IMG/VR virus record: IMGVR_UViG_3300035671_000001
Coordinates: 18,506-82,505 of that record
DNA from: a virus
Reading direction: 5' to 3' (one strand)
DNA length: 64,000 nt
Shown: piece by piece, positions 48,728 through 59,068 of the stretch
Position numbering within the stretch: position 1 is the first letter of the stretch
Layout of the letters: every line of letters begins with the position of its first letter
Notes under the pieces: generated by a model
Told to the model about the DNA's origin: nothing
The model's database searches: none
The model's input: only the letters and a program-made list of their open reading frames with translations
Translations under genes and position numbers: made by a program

Positions 48728-49071
48728 TGGCATTCGATTGGGCAGGCCGCCGGGCCACGGCTACCCGTATGATCACGAAGTACGGCTGCCGCGCCATCTT
48801 ACGGCGGACGAGCGGCGACCGCGACTGCACCGCCTGCATGATTGACTTCATGCCGCACAGCCGTGCGGGTGAACTGCGCAATGCTCCCGATCGGATGATC
48901 CTGGTGGCGGCTACCGGGCTCGACGTAGTGCCCGACGCGGAGAAAGATCATCTCGTCTGGCTCGATCCCAGTAGTGGTGCTGAAGTCGAGAATCTGCGTC
49001 TTATTGCACCCATCGGTAAGTTCGCCCCGGCAGGCGTTGTCGTGTACTGGGAAATTCAGGCGCGCAAATGA
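48724..49071 (+). CDS. head closure/stopper protein
   Basis: ATRMITKYG...PAGVVVYWEIQAR; synteny. Confidence 0.6.
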   Translation: MMAFDWAGRRATATRMITKYGCRAILRRTSGDRDCTACMIDFMPHSRAGELRNAPDRMILVAATGLDVVPDAEKDHLVWLDPSSGAEVENLRLIAPIGKFAPAGVVVYWEIQARK

Positions 49072-49541
49072 TGGACAAGCGTGAGACGATCCTGGCGCAC
49101 TTGCTGGCGATGCTGGATGGTCTCGATGGCTTGGCCGAGGTCGATGGCGTCAAGAGCGTATTCCGCAATCGCGGTGAGATACCGCAGGAGAAGCTTCCGG
49201 CGGTTGTGCTGCTTGATGGTCGCGAGAAAATAAAGGTTTCAACCTCTACGCATGGCGGCTTGCGCACCCCAACCATCTTCACACTCAGCCCGCAAATCTT
49301 CATCGTGCTCAAGCCGCGCGATGACATCAACAACGACGGCATCGGTGAGGAGCTGTCGGCGTATCGTGTCAAGATTATCAAGCTCATGCGCGATGACGAC
49401 ACCTTGGCGGCTTTGCTCGGCGCCAACGGGGAGGCGCTTTATCTGAGCAGTGAGACTGACATGCAAACCGGGAGCACGATGCAAGGTCAGATGCAAATGG
49501 ACTTCGCGTTCTCTTATGTGCTCAACCCCAGCGATCTATAA
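49068..49541 (+). CDS. tail terminator-like protein
   Basis: RETIL...LPAVVLLDG; lies before the tail tube gene. Confidence 0.6.
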   Translation: MMDKRETILAHLLAMLDGLDGLAEVDGVKSVFRNRGEIPQEKLPAVVLLDGREKIKVSTSTHGGLRTPTIFTLSPQIFIVLKPRDDINNDGIGEELSAYRVKIIKLMRDDDTLAALLGANGEALYLSSETDMQTGSTMQGQMQMDFAFSYVLNPSDL

Positions 49542-49553
49542 AGGAGATTGATC

Positions 49554-50360
49554 ATGGCTGTTGCTGGCATCGTTTCCCCCGACGTCCAAAACCTAGCGGT
49601 AGGTAAGGGCTTTATCCTGTTCAAGCCGACTGAGGTGGTCAACTACTACCACGTTGGCAATGTGCCGACCTTCACTTTCACCCCCAAGATCACCACCCTC
49701 GATCATTTTAGCAGTATGGAAGGGACGCGACTCAAAGACCTTTCCATCACGCTGGAGAAGTCCGGCGAAGTGAAGATGGACATGGAAGAGTTGACGGCGC
49801 GCAACCTCGCCATGCTCGTGCTTGGCGATGTGACCTTGGATGTGGATGGCAATCCGACGGTCAGCATCTTCTCGCGTGATTCGTTGACTGGCGCGCTGAA
49901 ATACTACGCCACCAACGAGGTGGGGCCGCGTTGGTATGTCGATCTGCTTAGCGTAACGTTCAACCCGTCGGGCGATTTCTCACCGATCGGCGACACCTTT
50001 GCCAAGCTCTCGGTGACCGGCACCGTGCAGGCGGTGGACGGCGTGTTCGGCACTATGACGCTCAAGCCCGACGTCAACTCGGTAGTGCCAGAGAACGTGC
50101 TGCCGCCGTTCGTCACCGGCACGCCCAAGGTGGGACAAGTCTTGACCGCCAACATCGGTGGTTGGATCGGCGCGGCGAGCTTTGCATATCTGTGGAAGGT
50201 TGGCGGCACTACGCCTGCTGGCACGCCGGTCAATGGGAAGACTTACACCCCGGTGTCTGCCGACGCTACCAAGACGGCGACCGTCACGATCACAGCCACC
50301 AATGTGATTGGTTCGTCGCCTGCTGTGCCAAGCGCGGCAACGGCCGTCATCGCCGCTTAA
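49554..50360 (+). CDS. major tail tube protein with C-terminal Ig-like domain
   Basis: VGKG, GNVPTF and LDHFSS motifs; PFVTGTPKVGQVLT Ig-like tail. Confidence 0.8.
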   Translation: MAVAGIVSPDVQNLAVGKGFILFKPTEVVNYYHVGNVPTFTFTPKITTLDHFSSMEGTRLKDLSITLEKSGEVKMDMEELTARNLAMLVLGDVTLDVDGNPTVSIFSRDSLTGALKYYATNEVGPRWYVDLLSVTFNPSGDFSPIGDTFAKLSVTGTVQAVDGVFGTMTLKPDVNSVVPENVLPPFVTGTPKVGQVLTANIGGWIGAASFAYLWKVGGTTPAGTPVNGKTYTPVSADATKTATVTITATNVIGSSPAVPSAATAVIAA

Positions 50361-50392
50361 ACCATTCGGCTTAAAACAGGAGTGAAGTCGCT

Positions 50393-50929
50393 ATGGCAAC
50401 GATCAAGACCAGTCTGCTTGATATTGGCCCATTGACCGAGGAGCTGAAGGTCAGGGGCCATCCCATCACCGTGAATGGCATCACCGCTGCGCAGGTGTTC
50501 GAGCTGTTCATGAAGTATCCGGAAGTGCGCAAGCTGCTCGACGGCAGCGCCCGCGCCAACCTCAATGTCGCTGAGATGCTGCACACGACCACGCCTAACG
50601 TCATCGGCGCTGTCATCGCGATGGCCACCGGCGACGCAGGGAAGGCAGAGGCGGAGGAGAAGGCTAAGCAGCTCGGAGTCGGCGACCAACTGGCCATCAT
50701 CACCGCGACGCTGCGGCTGACGTTCCCCGACGGCTTCGGCCCTTTCGTCGAACAGGTGATGCAGATGACGAACAGGGTCAACGAAGCGGTGTCGGCCGGT
50801 ACGAGCGCGATGGCAACGGCTCCAGGGAGTGGCAAGGTACTGGATACTTCATCGCTAAAGCGATCCAGCGCTGCATTTCAAACGGACACACCAGGAATGA
50901 TGCCTGGAACTCGACACCGCGCCAACTGA
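50393..50929 (+). CDS. tail assembly chaperone (gpG); gpGT form via -1 frameshift ends at 51063
   Basis: Lies between tail tube and tape measure; C CCT TTC slippery site at 50740-50746; -1 frame open to 51063 (GH...W..TPRQ). Confidence 0.8.
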   Translation: MATIKTSLLDIGPLTEELKVRGHPITVNGITAAQVFELFMKYPEVRKLLDGSARANLNVAEMLHTTTPNVIGAVIAMATGDAGKAEAEEKAKQLGVGDQLAIITATLRLTFPDGFGPFVEQVMQMTNRVNEAVSAGTSAMATAPGSGKVLDTSSLKRSSAAFQTDTPGMMPGTRHRAN

Positions 50930-51062
50930 TCGCGTGGGGTGCGTTGTGCGAGCGTGATCGGCTAGCGGCATTACTGGACCGCATCACGACTGCACGGCTC
51001 GCCGCGAGCGATAGCAAGGACATCAAGGACTACATCGACTGGCTGGAACAAGAGCTTGATTG

Positions 51063-51641
51063 ATGGTCGCGGTTCGCATCTACCTCAAAGATGAGCGCGT
51101 AGGAGAGAAGTTCGTCCGCATCGCGACGCGCCAACGTAAGTGGGTGCTGAGCGCGACGCGGGCGGCTGCGCAGGATGCGTCCGACGCGATTATCGACGAG
51201 GGCAAGGCAGATATTGCGAGTGCAGGTAATTTCGGCCCGCGTTGGACCGAGGGACTACATGCGCCGGTGACAGAAGGCGGAGGCAACATCCGCGTCGGCG
51301 TTACGCATGACGTCCCCTATTTCATGGTCTTCGAGCGCGGTGCAGTCATCCATGGGAAGCCACTGCTGTGGATACCACTGAGCCACGTAACAGAGGCGCA
51401 GGGCGTTCGCGCGCGCGACTTTCCCGGCCGGTTGTTCAAAGTACCGAAGGGACCAGGAGCGCTTCGCAAGTCTGGTAAAGCGGCATTGTTATTATCTGCT
51501 GACGATAAGCAGCCGAAATACTTTGCCAAAGAAAGCGTGACCATTCCGAAAAAATTCCACATCGTGCAGATCACACGGAGCGTCGCGAGTCGGCTCGCCG
51601 AGTTTTATAGGACGCGTCTTAAGCAAGAGAAGGGCAGCTAG
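51063..51641 (+). CDS. tail completion/neck protein
   Basis: PYFMVFERGAVI.GKPLLWIP; synteny. Confidence 0.55.
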   Translation: MVAVRIYLKDERVGEKFVRIATRQRKWVLSATRAAAQDASDAIIDEGKADIASAGNFGPRWTEGLHAPVTEGGGNIRVGVTHDVPYFMVFERGAVIHGKPLLWIPLSHVTEAQGVRARDFPGRLFKVPKGPGALRKSGKAALLLSADDKQPKYFAKESVTIPKKFHIVQITRSVASRLAEFYRTRLKQEKGS

Positions 51642-51644
51642 ATC

Positions 51645-54600
51645 ATGGCCGACGACGAGATCGTAACAACTATAATCATCGAAGGCTTCGGCGCCATCGA
51701 GGGCAATTTTAACAGCCTGGGAACGGCGGCTGAGCATGCCTTCGGGCAGATGAGCAAGGCGGCACAATCGACCTCTGGCTATCTCGACCAGCTCAGCAAG
51801 AAGATCACTGAGACGAGTAATGCGGCAAACGCTGCAGGTCAAACCAGTAGTGGCGGTGGGTTATTCGATAGCCTGATCGCTAAAGTAAAAGAAGCTGCCG
51901 TTCAATTCGAGGCGTTCAGAACGAAGTTCGGTGGCACGCTTTTTTCTGGCGTAGCGGCCGGTGGCAAGGAAGCTGAGAAAAGTATTCAGGCTGTCGGTGG
52001 CGCAGTAACCCAGCTTGCTACGCAAGGAGCTAATCTTGCGTCGGCTTTCGGACCTGGTTTCGGTGCCGTCGCGCGCGGTGCAACCGAGGCTGCGAGTGCG
52101 ATCATTAAATCGGCTTCTAGTCTCACTACGTTTTCCGGCGCATTGACTGCCATTACTGCGGTTGGCGTTTCGTTTGTTGGTATTGGCGCCGGCCTGATTG
52201 CGATTGCCAAGCACAGTGCTGACGCCGTCAGAGAGATGTCTGATCTCGCCGAGACGATGGGTTCGACGATCGAGCAGGCTTCGGCTCTCACGCAAGCGCT
52301 ACGTGAGCAAGGTGCTAGCACCGATCAGTTCGGAACTGCGATGGCGCGGCTATCGCAGACGATCGCTCGTGCTTGGGAAGAGATTCAAGCCAAGACGCAA
52401 GCGTTCGTCTCGACGTATCAAGGTGCTCTAATCCGCGCCCGTGATGCCACGATTGCATTACAGCAGGCGCAAAACAATGCTGCTCTGATCGATCGCCAGC
52501 AAGCTTCGCAGCGGGCACAGAACGCGCTGAGCGTGCAGGGTGCGGTGTTGTCGCTTGTCGAGGCGGAAGCCAATCTGGCGAGGATTCGCAGGGGTGGGGC
52601 TGCCGATCCGTTCACCGAAGGCAGGTTGGAAGCCGAGCGCGCCATCTTGCAGGTGCAGCAAGCGCGTCAAGCACTGATCGACGCCGAACTCACCCGCGAA
52701 ACGAATCTCCTGCAGGCGACCGTCGCGCGTCAGCAGATACAGCAGGCCATCGTCAAGGCGGCCAAAGAAGAACACGACGCCCGTGAGGCGGTCGCAAAAG
52801 TTATGGCCGAAAGTGTCCAATCCTCGATCCAACTGGCGAGGGATTTGGCGGCTGGCGGTGCTGGCGAGATTACCAAGACATTCGAAGGAGTCGCCGTCCA
52901 AGTCCCCAAGACCGTTGACAATATCATGCGGGGGATCATCGGGGCGATAGGCCCTGCGGTCAAACAAGTTCAGACTCTCGACGGTAGCCTGATTGATCTG
53001 GCGAGCGCACCGCCGAAGGTTCAAGAGGCGTTCTTCTTCATCCTCGACGTTCTGAAGGGCATCGACGACGAGGCCCTGCGCACATCCATCGCTATCCGCG
53101 CGTTCGGGCGGACGCTCGGGCCGGAGCTGGCGCGGCAGGCTGCGGAGGGAAGCGGGCCGATCAAGGCGCGGATGCAAGAGCTGGAGGACCTCGGAATCGT
53201 CCTCGACAAGGACGAGAAGATAATATCGCAACAGTTTACCAAGGCATGGCAGCGACTGATCGGCCTAGTCGGTTCGCTCGGCATCAAGGCGGGGGTGAAT
53301 TTCCAAGAGCCGTTCATTGCGGCGTTCAACCAAATCTCCGACGCCCTGACTAAGAATAGGCAAGCGTTCTTCGACTGGGCAAAAGACATAGCTAATCTGG
53401 TCAAGGTCGTGGTCGCCGGGTTGGTCCAGGCGTTCACCGGAATCGATCTCAGCAAGGCATTGAACCTCAATCCGGAGCAAGTCCTAAAAGCGCAGGAATG
53501 GCGGCGGACCTTCGAGGAGATCGGCACAGCCGCCAAGTTCTTTGGCGAGATAATCGCCGTTGTCTTCCGTGCGATCGTAGCCGTGGTCGCGGTCGCGAAG
53601 CGGGCGTTCGACACCTTTGCTCAGGGCCTCAACAATATATTCAACACTGACTTCTTCACGGCTTCCGGGGTCGCGATTTCGGCCTGGGCGGCCCTGATCG
53701 TCGCCAAGCTCGCCTTGGCCGGTGCGGCATTCGCGGGGTTCAGTGCTGCGGCCATCGCGTCCTTGGGCCTTCTGTTGATCACCCTTGCTGTCGTCACTGC
53801 GGCCGTCGCTACGTTTGCCGCCGCGCTTCCCGATGCGATTACTCAGGTGAGCTTGATCGCCAAAATGTGGCAAGCCGCCTCCGCGTCCGGCCAGAGCATG
53901 GGCGCGGCCCTCCTGATACTGAACGAGATTTTCCAGGAGCATAAAAACCTTTCGAAAGAAGCCAAGCAGGCAATGTCGAACCTGATTGATGAGTTCATCA
54001 GGAGCGGTGGCGTCATCAACGGCGTGAAACTCACGATGCAAGACTTGGCTGGCATGCTTCGCAAGCTGGCCGAAGAAGCCGATAAGACCAAGATCACTCC
54101 TAAAGTCGACCCGGCGGTAACGGACGCTCAGCAGAAGGCTGCTGAGGACGCCAAGAGGGCTGCGGAGGCAGCGGCGAAATCGCAGGCCGACCTGGACGCG
54201 GCGCTTCAACGATACCGCGACAGCATGGCCGGTACGGCAACCGGTGTCTCGCAGAACTACAGGGACATGGCCACCGCAGCGGATCGTTCCGCCAGAAGCC
54301 AGATCAACAGCGCGACCGGCATTGGCGAGGCGATGGATAGGCTAAAAAGGAAACAGCTTGACCAATCGATCTCGTCGGCAAATCTCAGTGTGGCCGAGGC
54401 GCGTTATAATCTGCAGGTTCTGACCGGGCAACGCGAGCGCGACGAGGAGCTGGAACATTCGTTCGCTGTTCGGCGAGCGCAGAATACCTTGCAGGACGCC
54501 ATCAACAATCGCGATAGCTTGGTTCTACAAAAACAAGCGGAACAACAGCGTCAGGCCGGGCGCGATTCGGCGGCGGCAGGAGACGCGGCGACGAGAGCTG

Positions 54601-56135
54601 CGGATGCGAACTTCGCTGCGAGTAAGAAGATTGAGGTCGGCTCGGATGGCATCAAGGAAAGCTATCTCAACAAGAACAAGGTACTCAAGGATCAGCAGGC
54701 GCTGGAGAGCAAGCCCGCCGATTCTGGGCCTACGAACCAAAAAATCCAGGACGCCACCAAGCTGACGGATGCACAAAGAAAGGCCACGGAGTCTGAACAA
54801 CAAACTATTAAACAGAGCAACGACGCATTAAAGGACGCGGCGGACAAACGCAGGGCGGCTCTGGAGGCAGAGGTCAAAGACCTCGAACGGAAGAACAAGG
54901 CAATTAAGGATGCTGCGGACGCAGCAAGGCAGGCAGCGCAAGATACCCAGACTGTAGACAACAGGTCTGTAGAAACTCAGAGAAAAATGGCGGCGCTCAT
55001 CGCGGCCACGGAAAGCCAATCGGCAAAAGATGCGACTACTCAAATGGGGCGCGACGCTGCAATACAGGCGGGGCGCAAGAAGGGAGAGGAGGATTCAAAA
55101 AAGGCGCATGAGGAAGCAGTAGAAGCAGCTCGAAAACTAGCGGAAACAGAAGCGGCAGGGGTCAAGGCAGCCGAAGACGAAGCAGGCGCACAACAGAAAA
55201 TTTTGGATATCATCCAGGATACAATCCAGAAGCTGAAAGAGAAGCAAGATCAGGAACAAGTCCCCACTCCACAGCCGAGGCCGCCGGGGGCGTTGCCCGG
55301 CGATCAGCCGATACCCATTGATCCGCAGCAATTCCAAGCGGGCGTCGAGCAAGAGAAGCAGGCTCTGGCAGACCTCGTGAGCACGGCTGAACAAGCTGCA
55401 GGCAACATCAACGACGCATTCAGCAACATCGACATCGGCACCGACATCGAGCAGGGTTCGCAGGACCCTGGCGCCGCCTTCGACTCACTCGTCTCGCAAG
55501 CTGAACAGGCGGCACAGAGTGTCAGTGACGCGCTGTCGAATGTCGAATTCAATCCGGATCAGATTGCTGGCGACTTCAGCGGGCTCGTCGATTCGGCCAC
55601 GCAGGCTGCGACTGACATGAGCAACGCGTTCCAGACCGTCGACATGGCCACTGGCATCAACAACCAGATCGACAGCATCGAGACTAACCTCTCGCAATTA
55701 GACACCGCTGTTGCAGACACGGGAACGGCATTCGACGAGTTCGGAAGCTCCGGGCTCAGTGGCGATCTTGCTACTGCGGCATTCGGTGGCTTATTCCGAG
55801 GACGTCCAGGCACTGACACCAACCTCGCGTGGATCACCGACTTCGAGTACATCATGCGACCGGAGGCGGTCAGGAAGTATGGTGTCAACTTCATGCACAT
55901 GATCAACAGCATGCAGTTTCCAGGCTTCCGCGCGGGCGGGCTCAACCTCAAGACCCCGGCTTACGTCGCTGGCGGGGCGGCGCGCGCGCAGAACACGCGC
56001 ACCATGCACATCACCATTGGGGACCAGACATTCCGCAACCTTGTGGCACCGGAGAACACGGCCAAGCAGCTCGAACGTGCGGCGATTAATCGGCAGTCTA
56101 CTTCCACTGGCGTCAAGCCACGCTGGAGCCGGTAA
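51645..56135 (+). CDS. tape measure protein
   Basis: 1496-aa Ala-rich helical protein with a hydrophobic segment; C-terminal GG...GTDT...EYIMR.EAVRKYG. Confidence 0.88.
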   Translation: MADDEIVTTIIIEGFGAIEGNFNSLGTAAEHAFGQMSKAAQSTSGYLDQLSKKITETSNAANAAGQTSSGGGLFDSLIAKVKEAAVQFEAFRTKFGGTLFSGVAAGGKEAEKSIQAVGGAVTQLATQGANLASAFGPGFGAVARGATEAASAIIKSASSLTTFSGALTAITAVGVSFVGIGAGLIAIAKHSADAVREMSDLAETMGSTIEQASALTQALREQGASTDQFGTAMARLSQTIARAWEEIQAKTQAFVSTYQGALIRARDATIALQQAQNNAALIDRQQASQRAQNALSVQGAVLSLVEAEANLARIRRGGAADPFTEGRLEAERAILQVQQARQALIDAELTRETNLLQATVARQQIQQAIVKAAKEEHDAREAVAKVMAESVQSSIQLARDLAAGGAGEITKTFEGVAVQVPKTVDNIMRGIIGAIGPAVKQVQTLDGSLIDLASAPPKVQEAFFFILDVLKGIDDEALRTSIAIRAFGRTLGPELARQAAEGSGPIKARMQELEDLGIVLDKDEKIISQQFTKAWQRLIGLVGSLGIKAGVNFQEPFIAAFNQISDALTKNRQAFFDWAKDIANLVKVVVAGLVQAFTGIDLSKALNLNPEQVLKAQEWRRTFEEIGTAAKFFGEIIAVVFRAIVAVVAVAKRAFDTFAQGLNNIFNTDFFTASGVAISAWAALIVAKLALAGAAFAGFSAAAIASLGLLLITLAVVTAAVATFAAALPDAITQVSLIAKMWQAASASGQSMGAALLILNEIFQEHKNLSKEAKQAMSNLIDEFIRSGGVINGVKLTMQDLAGMLRKLAEEADKTKITPKVDPAVTDAQQKAAEDAKRAAEAAAKSQADLDAALQRYRDSMAGTATGVSQNYRDMATAADRSARSQINSATGIGEAMDRLKRKQLDQSISSANLSVAEARYNLQVLTGQRERDEELEHSFAVRRAQNTLQDAINNRDSLVLQKQAEQQRQAGRDSAAAGDAATRAADANFAASKKIEVGSDGIKESYLNKNKVLKDQQALESKPADSGPTNQKIQDATKLTDAQRKATESEQQTIKQSNDALKDAADKRRAALEAEVKDLERKNKAIKDAADAARQAAQDTQTVDNRSVETQRKMAALIAATESQSAKDATTQMGRDAAIQAGRKKGEEDSKKAHEEAVEAARKLAETEAAGVKAAEDEAGAQQKILDIIQDTIQKLKEKQDQEQVPTPQPRPPGALPGDQPIPIDPQQFQAGVEQEKQALADLVSTAEQAAGNINDAFSNIDIGTDIEQGSQDPGAAFDSLVSQAEQAAQSVSDALSNVEFNPDQIAGDFSGLVDSATQAATDMSNAFQTVDMATGINNQIDSIETNLSQLDTAVADTGTAFDEFGSSGLSGDLATAAFGGLFRGRPGTDTNLAWITDFEYIMRPEAVRKYGVNFMHMINSMQFPGFRAGGLNLKTPAYVAGGAARAQNTRTMHITIGDQTFRNLVAPENTAKQLERAAINRQSTSTGVKPRWSR

Positions 56136-56304
56136 GGATGGCATCCATGAAATCTAATTTCCAAGTCGTTGAGACGACTGACCTGCGCACGCGGGTGAAG
56201 AGCTTCAAGATATACCGGCGCAATGCGCTGCTACCGCTTGTGATCGGCCTTGTGACGCGTGAGGAGGCGGAGGCGAAGTTGCGCGAAATAGAAGAGAACG
56301 AGCG

Positions 56305-56766
56305 ATGACTGTAGTACCTGGACAGACGCCTTCGCTTCCGCTCGGGACATGGCTGGTGCTCTCGGTTGGCGGCGTCCCGCTCTATAGCGCGCGCGGGCTC
56401 GATCAGACGCTGCAGCCGATCGACGCAGCTCACGTTACGCGCCGCACCATCAATGGCACGCTGGTCGACCTGTCGGTTGATAAGTTTCACAAGTATTCGT
56501 CGAAGATCACTTGCACCGACGTCGAGGCGCCTGCCATGGATGGGATATTTCCAGGCGTGCAGGTAACCGTCGACTGCATCGCCGAGCTGGTCTTCAAGAC
56601 CGTGGGTGGTACGCCGTCGCGCACGGTGGTTGCGGGTTCAGCGCGCACCGTCGGCGATTTTACGATCTATCGTCCGCGCCTCGACATGATGGTGGTGGGA
56701 TTTCAGCAGAGCCTCTCTGAGTATGCGCGCGACGTGCAGTGGGAACTAGACCTAGAGGAACGCTGA
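56305..56766 (+). CDS. distal tail protein-like
   Basis: Follows the tape measure; RRTINGTLVDLS...WELDLEE. Confidence 0.6.
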   Translation: MTVVPGQTPSLPLGTWLVLSVGGVPLYSARGLDQTLQPIDAAHVTRRTINGTLVDLSVDKFHKYSSKITCTDVEAPAMDGIFPGVQVTVDCIAELVFKTVGGTPSRTVVAGSARTVGDFTIYRPRLDMMVVGFQQSLSEYARDVQWELDLEER

Positions 56767-58787
56767 TGGCCAACAGTTCGACCTTCTATTTCGCTTGGAC
56801 GGTGAGCACCGACAACGTCTTCTCGGGCGCGCAGATGCGTGAAGACGAATTGATTTTCTCGTTCAAGCTCACGCACGACGAAGGACAGTTTGCGCAGCTT
56901 GAGCTGGAGATTATCAACCCACACATTGGGCTGCTGGCGCCTGGGCGGCCATTCTGGGCGTGGTTTTCGTGGAGCGATGGGGCCTCGGTTTATCCGCTGT
57001 TCTTCGGACGGCTGGTTGGCATTCCAAGCGACCTGTTTGCGGATGTTATTACCATCACGCTGGTGGCCAAGCCGATTGATTATACCGAGCAGCGGTTGGC
57101 GATTGCGGCTGGGCTCCGGGTACTGCCGTACTTCGATCCGATCTTTATCGATCCGAAGCAACGTGATGACCCAGACGTGGCATTGGAAGGCTATTCCGCG
57201 CTGTGGCACGTGAATCGAGTGACACATCAGGTGACAATTTCCGACGTGATTGCTGGGGAAGATGGCGTCGAGGAGTTCACGCCCAACGATGTATTCTATG
57301 ACAACGTCTCGCTGGAACTAACGGAAGCACCATTGATGGTGTGCGAGATCGACGCCTCGGCGAGCTGGGTACAATGCGACCATACCGGCGTCATTCAGTT
57401 CAAGAAGGAGCAGTTCAATCCGCTGTCGACCGCCGTGGCTGACGACTTGCCGCAACAAGAAATCAATCTAGGCAACGGCATCATCTTCAAGCGCGCGCTG
57501 AACCAGAGCGGGCAGACGGCGACTGGCAAGGATAGTCCCAATTCGCGCAGCATAAGCTGGAGCTATCAGAATCAATCGCAAACCCACAACGACGGCGACA
57601 CGATGTCGGTCGACGGGCACATGAACATCCAGACGCTCCCAGCCGATTTTTCCAACAAGGATACAATCGCGACTTTGAGTGAAGGTTCGACTTCTTCAAG
57701 AACCGGCTCGATGGTGATCGGCGATCCGTACACGGGGCGCGGAGCCGAAGCCAGCATCAATATACAAACGACGGCTAATTACTTAGCGATAGACAGAGCG
57801 TTGGCACAGCCGGTCGCGACCGATATAGAGATCGGTGTCGAAGTTGAGCAGAACCGTCGGGAAACGATTCATGTCCGGGTCCTTGCTGATGTGCAACCAA
57901 TTCTCACGGAAGCCACCGAGACGGAAAACAACATCAAAGAAAAGCTGTCGATGAATGCCTCGGACGTGGTTGCAGAAGGCGTCATCACGCCATCCGACGG
58001 CGTTTATTTTCCAACTGGACGCGGGCTGCAGAGCTTGGAATATCTGATGATGGTGGCACGCGCTCATTTATTGGTGCGGTCGCGCGCGGTCAAAGTATCG
58101 TGGGACTGCCGGTTCTCGCGTGTCGTCAGTATGAGCTGCCGCAAGAACGCCTTTATCGAAGACGCGCGCTTACCCGGAGGTGGTGTGCTGGGCAAGATCA
58201 TTGCCTACGAGATGACCGGCACTGGGGATTCGGGGGAGTTCGTCGGCAACGTCACCATTGGCAGTGCCATCGGCTATGGCAATCCAGTCGTGACGGCGGC
58301 GGGTTCGCCCGACTACGTTAACGACGGCTATGTCCAGCTCGGCTACCAGCACTATTCCGGCACGTTGTTGGCGGCGACGACCAACGACATGAGCTTCTCG
58401 CCTTTAGCCTACGTGGCTGCTGGGCTGCAGCTTCCGATCAGCGCGGATCAGGTTCTCATTCGTCATGAGTGGAACGATTCGGGGCAAGCCGCCGCCGCTC
58501 AGGCAGCGGCAACAACTGCAATCCAATCGTCCAGGCAATTGGGATCGTTTACCGAAAATGCACCTGCGAGCGCATCGTCTGGACCTTCACCTGAGCTGTT
58601 CGCCTATCTCGCGGCAAGTGCTTCGATGTCTGCTGGTGTCGATCAAGCCATCCGCGATAATCCGGCATGGTTGGAAATCGAGCTTGCGCCCGTGCAAGGT
58701 ATCTCAACAGATGTTGAATACGACGCCGCCACCAGTCCGCTTGTCATTCCGATGCAGATCAATCTCTCGGCAGGTTCAACCCCGTAA
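56766..58787 (+). CDS. tail tip/baseplate hub protein
   Basis: Size and synteny; PLFFGRLVG. Confidence 0.6.
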   Translation: MANSSTFYFAWTVSTDNVFSGAQMREDELIFSFKLTHDEGQFAQLELEIINPHIGLLAPGRPFWAWFSWSDGASVYPLFFGRLVGIPSDLFADVITITLVAKPIDYTEQRLAIAAGLRVLPYFDPIFIDPKQRDDPDVALEGYSALWHVNRVTHQVTISDVIAGEDGVEEFTPNDVFYDNVSLELTEAPLMVCEIDASASWVQCDHTGVIQFKKEQFNPLSTAVADDLPQQEINLGNGIIFKRALNQSGQTATGKDSPNSRSISWSYQNQSQTHNDGDTMSVDGHMNIQTLPADFSNKDTIATLSEGSTSSRTGSMVIGDPYTGRGAEASINIQTTANYLAIDRALAQPVATDIEIGVEVEQNRRETIHVRVLADVQPILTEATETENNIKEKLSMNASDVVAEGVITPSDGVYFPTGRGLQSLEYLMMVARAHLLVRSRAVKVSWDCRFSRVVSMSCRKNAFIEDARLPGGGVLGKIIAYEMTGTGDSGEFVGNVTIGSAIGYGNPVVTAAGSPDYVNDGYVQLGYQHYSGTLLAATTNDMSFSPLAYVAAGLQLPISADQVLIRHEWNDSGQAAAAQAAATTAIQSSRQLGSFTENAPASASSGPSPELFAYLAASASMSAGVDQAIRDNPAWLEIELAPVQGISTDVEYDAATSPLVIPMQINLSAGSTP

Positions 58788-58804
58788 AACAGGAGCATGA
58801 ATTC

Positions 58805-59044
58805 ATGGCGAACATGGAAAAGATTATTCGGCCGCACCTGCCGCCGAACGTTGCTCCGCTCAACACCGTGGCGAAGTGTCAGGTTCCGCCTGAAAATACG
58901 GTCCTGACGTTCGGCAAACAATCCAGCCAGACCGGTGCCACTAGAACGGGCTCAACCAGCTACGATTATGCCAATGCGGCCACATGGTACATGACCAAGC
59001 AGGAGCGCGAGTTCGAGTTCGGCGCAATCTTCAAGGGAGGGTAG
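58805..59044 (+). CDS. small tail-module protein
   Basis: AGGAG RBS, 79 aa. Confidence 0.55.
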   Translation: MANMEKIIRPHLPPNVAPLNTVAKCQVPPENTVLTFGKQSSQTGATRTGSTSYDYANAATWYMTKQEREFEFGAIFKGG

Positions 59045-59068
59045 TATCAGGGCAGAGGGGGATAGCAG

